Source: Candidatus Bathyarchaeota archaeon
GTDB lineage: Archaea > Thermoproteota > CALKCG01 > B24 > DRYS01
Length of the DNA: 64,000 nt
Assembly (NCBI GenBank): GCA_018396535.1
Contig: JAGTQC010000002.1
Location: forward strand, 64,001-128,000
Direction of reading: 5' to 3'
Shown here: in pieces, positions 27,765-37,807 of the stretch
How the letters are laid out: each line of letters begins with the position of its first letter
Numbering within the stretch: position 1 is the stretch's first letter
Notes under the pieces: model-generated
What the model was told of the DNA's origin: nothing
The model's database searches: none
What the model saw: the letters and a program-made list of their open reading frames with translations, nothing else
Translations under genes and position numbers: made by a program

Positions 27765-28769
27765 ATGATAGAGGAGGAGGGATGTACATTGATATTTCTA
27801 GGTGTGGATGGCGGGGCGACTAAGACTGTAGCTATAATAGCTGATGAAAATGGTAGGTTATATGGGGTTGGATACTCGGGTTCTTCATCCCATCATTTTG
27901 TAGGATATGAATCTGCTAAGATGAATGTGCTTAAAGCTGTGGAAACAGCTTTACGCTATGCTGGTATGAGTTGGGGCGATATCGATGGTGTATGCTATGG
28001 GTTATCATCGGTAGGCGATACGCCTATGGATACTGAGATAGTTAGAAGCTTTGTATCAGAGATAACTCCTATAGATTTCATACTGGTTAACGATGTTGTG
28101 AACGCATACTACGCTACATGTCTAGGTGAGCCTGGGGTGGTTGTAGTAGCTGGTACAGGCTCTATAGCTTATGGTAGAAGCGGTATATACGAAGTTAGGG
28201 TTGGGGGTTGGGGTCAGCTTATAGGCGATGAGGGAAGCGCTGTCTATATAGCTAGGCGAGCTCTACAGGAAGCTACTAAAGCGTGTGATGGTAGGGGTGA
28301 GTATACGATTCTCATAGATCGCATACCTAGAGCATTAGGCTTCAAAAGTTTAGAAGAGGTTACGTTCAACTTAATGACGATGAAAATTAGTCTAATAGAG
28401 CTAGCTAGATTAGCACCAGTAGTAGCTGAAGCTGCTGTTAATGGTGATAGAGTTGCTATCGATATTTTGAAAGAATCTGGTAGAGAGCTGGCTTTGCTAG
28501 CTATAGCGTGTCTTAGAAGGCTTAGACTCGAGCACGGAATCGTAGGTGCTTCAGGAGGTGTATTCAAATCTGGAGCTTTAGTATGGGATACGTTTAAGTC
28601 TATTGTGAAAGCATCATATCCACATGTAGAGTTCACTGATCCAATATATGGATGGCAGCCTGCTGCAGGAGCTATAGTTTTAGCTGCATATAAGCACGGT
28701 ATACGTATCGATAGAAGAGTGTTAACTCGATTATTCGAAGCTATAAAGGTAGAAGAGGCTAAGCTATGA
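27765..28769 (+). CDS. BadF/BadG/BcrA/BcrD-family sugar kinase (GlcNAc kinase-like)
   Basis: LGVDGGATKT, VND, VAGTGS and GGWGQLIGDEGS. Confidence 0.88.
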   Translation: MIEEEGCTLIFLGVDGGATKTVAIIADENGRLYGVGYSGSSSHHFVGYESAKMNVLKAVETALRYAGMSWGDIDGVCYGLSSVGDTPMDTEIVRSFVSEITPIDFILVNDVVNAYYATCLGEPGVVVVAGTGSIAYGRSGIYEVRVGGWGQLIGDEGSAVYIARRALQEATKACDGRGEYTILIDRIPRALGFKSLEEVTFNLMTMKISLIELARLAPVVAEAAVNGDRVAIDILKESGRELALLAIACLRRLRLEHGIVGASGGVFKSGALVWDTFKSIVKASYPHVEFTDPIYGWQPAAGAIVLAAYKHGIRIDRRVLTRLFEAIKVEEAKL

Positions 28770-29315
28770 TACTCTAGTTAACTCAGATAGCCTTATCCTA
28801 CATGATTCGCAGAATCTGAAGCTTTTAATATCAACATCCAGTATCGAGTTGGAGAAGCTCATTACACACCTAGGGTTAGAGCAATGTTTTAATCCATACG
28901 TATGCCCTAATTCGTGTACCGCTTCCTTTAAGAGCCTCTCTGCGAGAAGATTTGAATCGGGTTCCCCTCCATAAAATTCGGGTCTCAACCTATGTAGACT
29001 TACTATAGCATAGTTTCCAGGAGATTCTGCTTGACCGAATACGAAGTTTAACCCTGAGACGTAGAGATCAAGGTCTGTTACTATTAGTATACTAGCCTTA
29101 CCACAACCTATGTTAGTTGATCTAATATTATCCAGTATGATAGTTGAATGGTACTGCTTTCTACGAGCGTTGTATGCATTCAGTGGGAGTTGTATAGGGT
29201 GGAAGAGTATAGATACGCAGGTATTGAACATTTCGCTAAGCTCATCCTTAAGTCGTGACAGTAGATCGATATTTACTTCGCCTAGAGGTATTAGTACTAT
29301 AGGCTTCATAACCAT
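28764..29315 (-). CDS. amzA: Archaemetzincin zinc metalloprotease
   Basis: NFVFG, HELGHTYGLKHC, CVMSFS and FCESC. Confidence 0.93.
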   Translation of the reverse strand: MVMKPIVLIPLGEVNIDLLSRLKDELSEMFNTCVSILFHPIQLPLNAYNARRKQYHSTIILDNIRSTNIGCGKASILIVTDLDLYVSGLNFVFGQAESPGNYAIVSLHRLRPEFYGGEPDSNLLAERLLKEAVHELGHTYGLKHCSNPRCVMSFSNSILDVDIKSFRFCESCRIRLSELTRVS

Positions 29316-29316
29316 T

Positions 29317-30576
29317 CTAGGATACTTCGTATGTCTTTAGGATATCTGCTCTCATACATCTATACCCCTTCTCCTCTACTAAATTCTGTAGTTTAACCAT
29401 CTTATCTGGCTCTCCATGCATGAGGAATATCTGAGCATCTTTACCTATTTTCTCTATTATCCTAACTAAGCCACTATGGCCGGCATGACTGGAGAAGTCA
29501 AAGTGTTTCACTTTAGCTTTAACCTGTTTAGCCTTCCCCTTTACCATAAACTTACCTGTTTTCAGAAGAATATCTCCAGGTGTACCTGGTATCTGGTAGC
29601 TTACGAGGAATATACCGTTTTCATGTTTACCCATAAGCCTCTCCATATAGAATACAGCCATCCCACCTTTAAGCATACCTGCAGGACTTACTATCACACA
29701 GGGTTTCTTTAGTATATTTTTCCTATCCTTCCATCCGGATGGCCAGTCGGCCATCCCCCAAGCTTTCTTAAATAGTCCGCTATCCCTAAGCTTAGATGAG
29801 TGTTTCAACAATATCTCACCAGCTTTTACAGCCATCCCATCGATATAGACGGGATACTCGATATTATAGGCTGATAGTATACATAGAATTTCATGAGCTC
29901 TACCTACACTGAAAGCTGGTATCAAAACCTTACCGTTATTATCTAGTATGTTATATACATCTTCTATGAATTCCTTTTCAAGCTTAGCTCTTTCAGGATG
30001 TTCTTCTCCAGCATAAGTAGCTTCCATTATAGCTACATCTATCTTGCCATAATCTAAGTCTGCTCCCTTGAGGAGTCTTGTATCTATATCGTTAATATCC
30101 CCGGTATATAGGAGCCTTAAACCACTACTATCCTCTAGTATAACTTGTACAGATCCAGGTATATGACCTGAATTCAGGAATCTAACATTGAAATCTCCTA
30201 TTTCGAAGTCCATACCAGGCTCCATAATCCTAGCTGATGATATCATATTCTCAACTTCTATAGTTTCAAATGGGAGATAGTAACCTGATAATCTTAGGAA
30301 ATCCTTCAGTAGTAGATCGGTATACTCTAGGGTAAGTGATGAAAGGTATAGTGGTATACGTCTAGAGACGTAAAAGTATGGTGCTGCACCTGTATGATCT
30401 AGGTGAGCGTGGGTTAGTATTATTCCATCTATATCTTTTGGGGGGATATGGGCGGGAAATCCAGGTATATGATTTAAAGCTACGCCATAGTCTAGTATAA
30501 GCTTAGTACCTTCCGATTCTACTAAGATAGCTGACCTACCTACGGAGTCTGTACCACCTAGGAATGTAATCTTCAA
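29317..30576 (-). CDS. MBL-fold beta-CASP ribonuclease (aCPSF2-type)
   Basis: THAHLDH, GHIPGS, YTGD, EATY and FSSHA; no N-terminal KH domains. Confidence 0.88.
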   Translation of the reverse strand: MKITFLGGTDSVGRSAILVESEGTKLILDYGVALNHIPGFPAHIPPKDIDGIILTHAHLDHTGAAPYFYVSRRIPLYLSSLTLEYTDLLLKDFLRLSGYYLPFETIEVENMISSARIMEPGMDFEIGDFNVRFLNSGHIPGSVQVILEDSSGLRLLYTGDINDIDTRLLKGADLDYGKIDVAIMEATYAGEEHPERAKLEKEFIEDVYNILDNNGKVLIPAFSVGRAHEILCILSAYNIEYPVYIDGMAVKAGEILLKHSSKLRDSGLFKKAWGMADWPSGWKDRKNILKKPCVIVSPAGMLKGGMAVFYMERLMGKHENGIFLVSYQIPGTPGDILLKTGKFMVKGKAKQVKAKVKHFDFSSHAGHSGLVRIIEKIGKDAQIFLMHGEPDKMVKLQNLVEEKGYRCMRADILKTYEVS

Positions 30577-30604
30577 GGTTTAATCAAACCCACCTCACTA
30601 CTCG

Positions 30605-30907
30605 CTAGCCTCCTAAAGGCATATACCTAGGCATTACACCTATCAATAGCGATACTATAAACAGCAGCCAGGAGATTATAAGTATTACTCGAACGATCTT
30701 TCTAGCAGCTGCTACGAATTCTAATATCAGATATAACGCTGTTAACGCTACTAATAGTGTACATATATCACTATAGGTTGCCGCAGCTTCAGGAGCAGCT
30801 TTGAATACCGTACTCGATAGTATGAATCGTATGAATTCACGTAGATAATGGTATATAGTCCATAGAAAGTTTATCAGAGACTCTGGTGAGGGGGTAGGTA
30901 AAGACAT
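30605..30907 (-). CDS. Small membrane protein
   Basis: 100 aa with hydrophobic helices; co-oriented with neighbours. Confidence 0.7.
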   Translation of the reverse strand: MSLPTPSPESLINFLWTIYHYLREFIRFILSSTVFKAAPEAAATYSDICTLLVALTALYLILEFVAAARKIVRVILIISWLLFIVSLLIGVMPRYMPLGG

Positions 30908-30952
30908 CTCTCCAATACAATTGTAAGCTCAAGATACTTAAACTCTTCCTAT

Positions 30953-31876
30953 TCAAGTTAACCCTCCAAGCATAAATCCTATAATTCCCATTAACATTAG
31001 TATTAGAACGGTATTTTTAACCTTCAAAGCTGTCTCTCTCGATAAGCTACGTCGAAGCTCAACTATAGAGTATATGAAGCCTAAATCGACGAACGCTATG
31101 ATGGGGTAATAGTATACGGATACTAGACCTAGTATGGGTGGTATGATGCTCAAAGCTACCGCTAATATGTACAGTATAGATGCTAAATTAGATGCAGCCC
31201 TTTCTCCATATCTAACTGCTGGAGATTTCACACCGTGTGAACGATCACCTTCGATATCAGCTATACCCTTTGTAATCTCTCTACCCAAATTCGCTAGAAA
31301 GGCTATTGATGAGAATAGTATTATAAGAATGAAGCTTCCATCCACTCCTCTATTATATATGGATAGAGCTGCTAAACCACCATATACGAATGGGGCTGAG
31401 ACACATAGACTTACCATGATATTTCCTAAAAATCCAAGTCTCTTAATCCTCCATGAGTAGAGATATGATATTATAGCGAAGAATACTGCATAGAGGAAGC
31501 ATATAGGAGAAGTTAGTATAGATGATGATAGACCTAAACCTAGCAGGGTTATGGATAGTATTAAAGCTAATCTAGGTGTAACAGCTCCTGATGGTATGGG
31601 TCTATGAGGCGCGTTTATACGATCTATAGGTAGGTCGAAATAATCGTTGAGAGCCATAGACGCTCCACAGAGGGTAAACCCTGTGATATATGGAGGGATA
31701 ACATGACTAGGTATATACTCAAACCTACGTAAAACTATACATATACCTACATAAACTGCTAAACCCATCATGAAACAGTTGATCGGGCGGATAAGCCTTA
31801 TACAGCCGTATACCTTCTTCAAAGCGCTTCGAAACCTAAAAATTGAGTAGAACAATTTAAAGCTATCACCCCTCAT
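30953..31876 (-). CDS. UbiA-family prenyltransferase, likely digeranylgeranylglyceryl-phosphate synthase
   Basis: IRPIN, NDYFDLPIDRINAPHRPIPSG and REITKGIADIEGD. The exact start is uncertain. Confidence 0.88.
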   Translation of the reverse strand: MRGDSFKLFYSIFRFRSALKKVYGCIRLIRPINCFMMGLAVYVGICIVLRRFEYIPSHVIPPYITGFTLCGASMALNDYFDLPIDRINAPHRPIPSGAVTPRLALILSITLLGLGLSSSILTSPICFLYAVFFAIISYLYSWRIKRLGFLGNIMVSLCVSAPFVYGGLAALSIYNRGVDGSFILIILFSSIAFLANLGREITKGIADIEGDRSHGVKSPAVRYGERAASNLASILYILAVALSIIPPILGLVSVYYYPIIAFVDLGFIYSIVELRRSLSRETALKVKNTVLILMLMGIIGFMLGGLT

Positions 31877-31930
31877 AAAGGACTAGTATTGAATCTAAAC
31901 ATTTATCTACAACTGGCTATCAAATCTATC

Positions 31931-32010
31931 ATCGATGATGAGCGACCCTGTCTATGTATGTAGATGGCTTACATGCTTGAGCCAGATGACGAAGCGAGCA
32001 GACCCTGAAA
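31931..32010 (+). ncRNA. C/D-box guide sRNA 1
   Basis: Box C ATGATGA (31935), D'-like TTGA (31977), C' ATGACGA (31986), 12-nt guide, box D CTGA (32005). Intergenic, with TTTAT about 28 nt upstream. Confidence 0.75.
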
Positions 32011-32051
32011 TAGAATAATACTTATTAGCTAGCGGTATACGATTCAAGAAT

Positions 32052-32134
32052 TTGGATGATTAAAGCTGGTATTGCTGAAAGCCTGTAGAAGGCTTTATGA
32101 TGTTAGACACCAATTATGACGAACATTACTCTGA
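32052..32134 (+). ncRNA. C/D-box guide sRNA 2
   Basis: Box C ATGATTA (32056), 12-nt guide, D' CTGA (32075), hairpin, C' ATGATGT (32097), 12-nt guide, ATGA (32116). A further ATGACGA...CTGA (to 32134) makes the 3' end ambiguous. Confidence 0.7.
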
Positions 32135-32136
32135 TT

Positions 32137-32922
32137 CTACCCATAGACTATATTTAGTACGGGTGCTAGCAACATATCTCCCACCGGCGATAATATGAAG
32201 CCTAGAGTGAAGAATAATAGTAAGGGTATACCGAATGATACATATATATGGCTAATGTTTAATTTACGATATTTTTCTAGAATTTTAATTCTGGATTCAG
32301 TACTAAATTCTATACCTATATTAACATTTATTCTACGTATTATTTTCCCATTGCTATCTTCTATACTCTCAACTGGATAAAGATAGTTTTTAGAAGCGAA
32401 AACTTCTAATGGAACCTTATAACATATGAAGTATAATATTATCATTTTTAGCATATTTAGATCTTTAAACTCTGAGAATGGTTTATCACTAGATAATAAT
32501 GCTTTAATATTAGTCATAAACGTGAGTATAGAAGTTGTTAAAGCTAATAGAATACCGTTATTAAAACATGTAAGCGTCATTATAGGTGTAGTATAGGATA
32601 GAATGGGGTTATATAAATCATAAGGGTATCTAGGTATGGTTAGCGTTAGTAGTACTAATGCCTTTGCATCACCACCACCATAGAGACCGAGTAGTGCTGG
32701 AGTGATGGCTAGGATTAGAGATATAGCCATGAACAACAGCGTCTCCATGATATAGATCGGTGTTAATACTAGATCTAACGCTAATAGGGATAGACCTACC
32801 GGATAGGATAATACCCATACATCATCTGGTACCTCTCTATATTTCAAATCTAGTATTGTAGTATATATGTAGATCGAAGCTATGAATAGCATCCTCAAGT
32901 ATAGTATATATTCTCTAATCAA
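32137..32922 (-). CDS. pibD: A24 prepilin/prearchaellin peptidase (PibD/FlaK family)
   Basis: DLKYRE and GGGDAK aspartate motifs, multiple TM helices and a C-terminal GIP motif. Confidence 0.85.
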   Translation of the reverse strand: MIREYILYLRMLFIASIYIYTTILDLKYREVPDDVWVLSYPVGLSLLALDLVLTPIYIMETLLFMAISLILAITPALLGLYGGGDAKALVLLTLTIPRYPYDLYNPILSYTTPIMTLTCFNNGILLALTTSILTFMTNIKALLSSDKPFSEFKDLNMLKMIILYFICYKVPLEVFASKNYLYPVESIEDSNGKIIRRINVNIGIEFSTESRIKILEKYRKLNISHIYVSFGIPLLLFFTLGFILSPVGDMLLAPVLNIVYG

Positions 32923-33800
32923 CGTCGACCAACCTCGATGTAACCTATAGCTTCTATCAATATCTTAGATGCTTGTAGTATTGTTAAACCGCTATCGTAC
33001 ATAGGCGTAGCTTCGACTATATCTAAGCCTATAACCTTATAGGATGCTAGATACTCGATTATATCGAGAAGCATGCCAGTATCTATACCATCTGGCTCCG
33101 GATTTGCTACGCTAGGAGCGTAAGCTGGGTCTAGTACATCCATATCTATCGATATGTATATCGGGGTATTCTTATCTAATCTAGATTCTACTATGGAGAT
33201 AGCCTTCTTGAACCCCCTTCTTAAATCCAATGTTGTGATGTATGGAATATTCATACTGGAGGAGAATATATACTCCTCCTTCGATATAGCTCGTACACCT
33301 ATATGGAAAATGGATTTAACGTTACTTAGTTCAAGTATCCTCCTAGCTACAGTTGCATGACATACTTTGCAACCTAGATATTCGTCTCTTAGATCGAGAT
33401 GCGCATCTAGAAATACGACTTGCACTTCTGGTAAAGTTTTGACTATACCTAACGTTAACGTATGCTCTCCACCTATAGTTATAGGTATCTTACCATAACC
33501 TATTATCTCTGAAACAACTGATTTAACCATGTGTAACATCTCATCTACGGATAGCGATTCATTCAAATCGCCTATATCGCATAACGCTACATCCTCTAGA
33601 TCTATACCGGTTCTTATACTATAGGTTTCTAAGTTATCGATGAGTGTACGGATAGCTTGAGGTGTAAACCTTGACCCCGATCTAAAGGTTGAAGTACTAT
33701 CGAAGGGTACACCTAGAATTACATATTTGGAATCTTCGAATTTACGTCTAGATCCTAGTATAGGCTTAGATGGCTTTACATATAGGTTTATATACCCCAT
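32919..33800 (-). CDS. speB: Agmatinase
   Basis: GGEHT, DAHLDLRD and SIDMDVLDP motifs. Confidence 0.92.
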   Translation of the reverse strand: MGYINLYVKPSKPILGSRRKFEDSKYVILGVPFDSTSTFRSGSRFTPQAIRTLIDNLETYSIRTGIDLEDVALCDIGDLNESLSVDEMLHMVKSVVSEIIGYGKIPITIGGEHTLTLGIVKTLPEVQVVFLDAHLDLRDEYLGCKVCHATVARRILELSNVKSIFHIGVRAISKEEYIFSSSMNIPYITTLDLRRGFKKAISIVESRLDKNTPIYISIDMDVLDPAYAPSVANPEPDGIDTGMLLDIIEYLASYKVIGLDIVEATPMYDSGLTILQASKILIEAIGYIEVGRR

Positions 33801-33908
33801 AAATCTCCACCAGATACCCTATATATTCCTCCTTAATAATGCAGTTAATCTAAACTCTTACATCAAATATAGCACTAGACTAATATCGATATAAACTCTA
33901 TACTATAT

Positions 33909-34481
33909 GTGATAGCTTTGCATATAGTAGCGTTCGCCACGGGTAATCCTAGGAAAGCTGAAGAAGTTCGAAGTATACTTAGATCCTATGATATAGATGT
34001 AGAGGTGGTCAAGGTTCGTAAAATCGAAATACAAGATGATAGTATAGAGAGGATAGCTGCCTTTTCAGCTAGGATCCTAGCTAGGAGGATAGGGAAACCT
34101 TTAGTTGTAGAGGATACAGGGTTATTCATAGATGCGCTTAAAGGCTTCCCTGGACCATACTCCGCTTATGTATATAGGACGATAGGTTTAAAAGGTGTAT
34201 TGAAGCTTATGGAAGGTGTAGAAGATAGACACGCTACTTTTGTATGCGTAGTCGCGTATTGTGAACCTGGTTATAGACCTATAGTCTTCGAGGGTAGGGT
34301 TAGAGGGCGTATAGCAGACGAGGCTAGAGGCTCTTTTGGATGGGGTTATGATCCTATATTCGAGCCTGATGGCTATAATAAAACATACGCTGAGATGGGA
34401 GTGTATAAAAATGAAGTGAGTCATAGAGCTGAAGCTTTTAGAAAATTTGCTAACTGGTACATAGAATCGAAGAGGGTTTAA
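33909..34481 (+). CDS. rdgB: Non-canonical purine NTP pyrophosphatase (Ham1/RdgB)
   Basis: FATGNxxK, EDTGL, GFPGPYS, GYDPIF and SHR. Confidence 0.94.
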   Translation: MIALHIVAFATGNPRKAEEVRSILRSYDIDVEVVKVRKIEIQDDSIERIAAFSARILARRIGKPLVVEDTGLFIDALKGFPGPYSAYVYRTIGLKGVLKLMEGVEDRHATFVCVVAYCEPGYRPIVFEGRVRGRIADEARGSFGWGYDPIFEPDGYNKTYAEMGVYKNEVSHRAEAFRKFANWYIESKRV

Positions 34482-34541
34482 ATAGTAGATAGTATAGTTA
34501 AGCAGTAGATCTAGCTTAGATGTGTAGGGAGGAGTAAGTAG

Positions 34542-34988
34542 TTGAAGAGGAGAGCGCATGCTAGGGGGAGATCCCATTCGAAGAGGCCTATAAGTAAGAG
34601 GCCTCCTTCCTGGTGTACCTACACCCCAGATGAGGTTGAAGCTCTAGTAGTTAAGCTAGGTAGACAGATGATACCGCCAAGTATGATAGGCGTTATCCTT
34701 AGGGATCAGTATGGCATACCCCTAGTTAAAAACATAACTGGTAAAACTGTAACGGAGATTCTTAGAGAGCATAATCTAGAACCTTCTCTACCTGAAGATC
34801 TAGCAAACCTCCTTAAGAAAGCTGAACGGTTGAAGAAGCATCTTGAAGTTCATAAAAGTGATGGGTCGAATAAGAGAGCTCTTCAGCTTATAGAATCTAA
34901 GATACATAAGCTAGCTAAATACTATAAGCGTATAGGTAGGCTACCTGAAGATTGGAGTTATAAAGCTGCTATACTATCTGCAGGTTAG
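34542..34988 (+). CDS. rps15: 30S ribosomal protein uS15
   Basis: IGVILRDQYGIP and LIESKIHKLAKYYK. Confidence 0.96.
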   Translation: MKRRAHARGRSHSKRPISKRPPSWCTYTPDEVEALVVKLGRQMIPPSMIGVILRDQYGIPLVKNITGKTVTEILREHNLEPSLPEDLANLLKKAERLKKHLEVHKSDGSNKRALQLIESKIHKLAKYYKRIGRLPEDWSYKAAILSAG

Positions 34989-34990
34989 TT

Positions 34991-36412
34991 ATGAGCGAGG
35001 ATTATGCGAAGTTTATAGATGGGGCTAGAAAACTATCCGAAACCATATACGAGTGGGTATATGAGAATCAGCCAGTTATTATTCTAGGGCATAACGATGC
35101 GGATGGTATATCTGCTACAGCTATTATCTCTAAAACACTTTATAGAGCTGGGGTTAGGTTTCATGCTAGAATACTTCGAAGGCTTGAAGCTTCTGAGCTT
35201 GAGAGAGCTTCTAGTTCCGGTAGGATGACTATATTATGCGATATGGGTAGTGGCTATCTAAGCCTGTTATCTAAGTATAGTTGGAATGGAGGGTTAGCTA
35301 TACTAGATCATCATAAACCAGAGTTATTTGAAGCTCCATCAAATTCTATACATATCAATCCACACCTCTACGGTCTGGATGGGGTATCTGAAATAAGCGG
35401 TTCTGGTGTAGCTTATATAGTGTCTAAAGGCTTTTCTAGAGTAGAGTGTAAGGATCTAGCAGTTTTAGCTATAGTGGGAGCTTTAGGTGATATGCAGGAT
35501 ATAGATGTAGGTCGTAGTCTAAGAGGGGTGAATAAACTTATAGTTAAGGAAGCTGAGGGGGAGGGGTACTTAACCGTTCAGAGGGATCTACTACTACCTG
35601 GGAGGGAAAGTAGACCTATACATATAGCTTTAGCAAGCTTAGTTAATCCGTTTATACCTGGTTTATCAGGTGATGAGGATGCCTGTATATCCTTCTTATC
35701 TAAACTTGGGATAAGCCTGAAGGAATCGGGTAGATGGAGGACTCTATCAGATCTATCTAAAGAAGAGAAGCAAATGCTATTCAATGAGCTTTTAAGATAT
35801 CTTGCAGAAAACAGCTATCCAACATCTATACTCAGGGATTTGATAGGTACAGTCTATATCTTACAGAAGGAGAGGAGGTTTAGCTATATGAGGGATGCTA
35901 GGGAGTATGCATCACTATTGAATGCTTGTAGTAGGATGGGGTTATATGGGTTAGCATTAACCATAGCTATGGGTGATAGAGGGGATGATACGATAGCGAA
36001 GGCGGAATCAACCTATATAGATTATCGTAGGAAGATTTCTAGTTATATACGTACTATATTATCTGAGCCCGGTAGGATAATCTCTATGGGTAAATTCTAT
36101 CTTCTAAAATGTTTAGATCTAGTAGAGGAGGATTTGCTTAGCGTCGTAACTTCTATCATAACGGAATCCTATCTCGCTGATAGAGGTTTACCTGTTATAG
36201 CTCTATCTGGAGCATCTAGTGGTGAAGTTAAAGTCTCGGCTAGATTACCTAGGAGTAGTAAAGTTCAGAATATGGATTTAGGTTTAGTTATGCGTAGAGC
36301 AGCTAGTAGGGTTGGAGGTGAGGGGGGAGGGCACTCGGTAGCAGCTGGAGCGTATATTGCGAAAGGTAAGGTAGAGGATTTTATAGCGGCTTTGGTAGAG
36401 GAGATGGGTTAG
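34991..36412 (+). CDS. DHH-family phosphoesterase (RecJ-like)
   Basis: HNDADG, CDMG, LDHH, GALGD and GGGH; conserved rps15-DHH-pcc1-rps3ae order. Confidence 0.92.
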   Translation: MSEDYAKFIDGARKLSETIYEWVYENQPVIILGHNDADGISATAIISKTLYRAGVRFHARILRRLEASELERASSSGRMTILCDMGSGYLSLLSKYSWNGGLAILDHHKPELFEAPSNSIHINPHLYGLDGVSEISGSGVAYIVSKGFSRVECKDLAVLAIVGALGDMQDIDVGRSLRGVNKLIVKEAEGEGYLTVQRDLLLPGRESRPIHIALASLVNPFIPGLSGDEDACISFLSKLGISLKESGRWRTLSDLSKEEKQMLFNELLRYLAENSYPTSILRDLIGTVYILQKERRFSYMRDAREYASLLNACSRMGLYGLALTIAMGDRGDDTIAKAESTYIDYRRKISSYIRTILSEPGRIISMGKFYLLKCLDLVEEDLLSVVTSIITESYLADRGLPVIALSGASSGEVKVSARLPRSSKVQNMDLGLVMRRAASRVGGEGGGHSVAAGAYIAKGKVEDFIAALVEEMG

Positions 36413-36666
36413 TGATACTTCTTTCAGCGAGGCTTTCTTTTAGCATTCCCCGCGATCTAGCTTGGATATTTTCTGAAGCTTTAAAACCTGATGATAAGCT
36501 TCTTCCAGAAGGATTATCTATACACTACGACCACTATGATGATAGATTGGAAGTCTTTATCGAATCCGATTTAGATATAGGTTCGTTTGCAGCTGTTTTA
36601 GATGATATATTGATGCATATATCTATGCTAGATAGATTGTTTGCTAAACTAGAGTTTAATACTTAA
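36412..36666 (+). CDS. pcc1: KEOPS complex subunit Pcc1
   Basis: 84 aa, ALKPD motif and conserved gene position. Confidence 0.75.
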   Translation: MILLSARLSFSIPRDLAWIFSEALKPDDKLLPEGLSIHYDHYDDRLEVFIESDLDIGSFAAVLDDILMHISMLDRLFAKLEFNT

Positions 36667-36709
36667 GGAGGATTTATAAGTTTCCGAGTATAGCCCTTTC
36701 TAGAAGGCT

Positions 36710-37321
36710 ATGCCGAAACCTAGGGTGAAAGCTAAAGCTAAGGTCTGGTATCCTGTATATGCACCTCCAGCATTTGGCGAAGTAGAACTACCAGCTATAG
36801 TTAGTGATGATCCTTCAAAACTTATAGGTAGCGTAGTCGAGACTACGCTTTACGATATAACTGGGGATTTCAGTCATATCAATATCAAGCTTAAATTCCA
36901 GATAGTGAAGGTTGAGGGGGGCAAGGCATACGCAGAGTTTAAGGGAGAAGAGTATCTAGGCGACTATCTTAGAAGCCTTGTTAGACGAGGGAGTAGTAAG
37001 ATTGATAGTATATTCGATGTAGAAACGAAGGATGGGTATAAGCTCAGAATATTCCTTTTATGCTGTACGGTTAAGCGTATAAGCCGCAGTCAAGCTAAAG
37101 CTATAAGGAGTATAGGTCGGAAGATTATAATGGAAAGAGCTTCAACTCTAAGCTTCACACAGTTTGTCCAGGAGGCTGTTCTAAGTAAGCTTGCATCTGA
37201 TGTATATAACGAGGCTAAGAAGATAGCCCCGCTTAGACATGCTGGTATAAGAAAGATAAAGGTTCTAACCCCACTTGTAGGGAAGGTTGAGAAAACGGCT
37301 GAGGAGCTGTCGAAGCTATAG
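36710..37321 (+). CDS. rps3ae: 30S ribosomal protein eS1 (S3Ae)
   Basis: WYPVYAP, ETTLYDITGD and YLRSLVRRGSSKID. Confidence 0.96.
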   Translation: MPKPRVKAKAKVWYPVYAPPAFGEVELPAIVSDDPSKLIGSVVETTLYDITGDFSHINIKLKFQIVKVEGGKAYAEFKGEEYLGDYLRSLVRRGSSKIDSIFDVETKDGYKLRIFLLCCTVKRISRSQAKAIRSIGRKIIMERASTLSFTQFVQEAVLSKLASDVYNEAKKIAPLRHAGIRKIKVLTPLVGKVEKTAEELSKL

Positions 37322-37328
37322 TAGAAGC

Positions 37329-37670
37329 TTAGAATTCATATGTTCGCTTAATACCTATTAAGAAGAGGGTTATACCTAGCGACACTATAATAATGGATAT
37401 GAAGTATGGAGTTAATTCTTTCTTCATAGATACTATAACATAGAGCCCTCCGATGCTTATGGATAATATGCCTATACCTAGAGCTGGCAATCTAGCATTG
37501 TCTATTATAAGGTCTAATATACTTAGTAGCGATAGAATGACTCCGAATACTATGAACGTAACTGCTATCACCATACTTTCGATACCGGGTAAGTAGAATA
37601 TTACGAATAATGATGACCCGATAGCTAGTAGAGCTAAACCTACTATCGATGTATACGTTAGTTTCGTCAT
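37329..37670 (-). CDS. Hypothetical 4-TM membrane protein
   Basis: 113 aa, strongly hydrophobic. Confidence 0.7.
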   Translation of the reverse strand: MTKLTYTSIVGLALLAIGSSLFVIFYLPGIESMVIAVTFIVFGVILSLLSILDLIIDNARLPALGIGILSISIGGLYVIVSMKKELTPYFISIIIVSLGITLFLIGIKRTYEF

Positions 37671-37807
37671 ACCTAACGAACCTAGCTTCTATAGATGAAT
37701 TAAGATTTTTACTCTAGTTAATATTAAATAGGGTAGGTTACTATATCCTAAAACTATAATTAGGAATAGAATCATTATGCTCTCTATAGTAGCTATCTTA
37801 AACTGGG

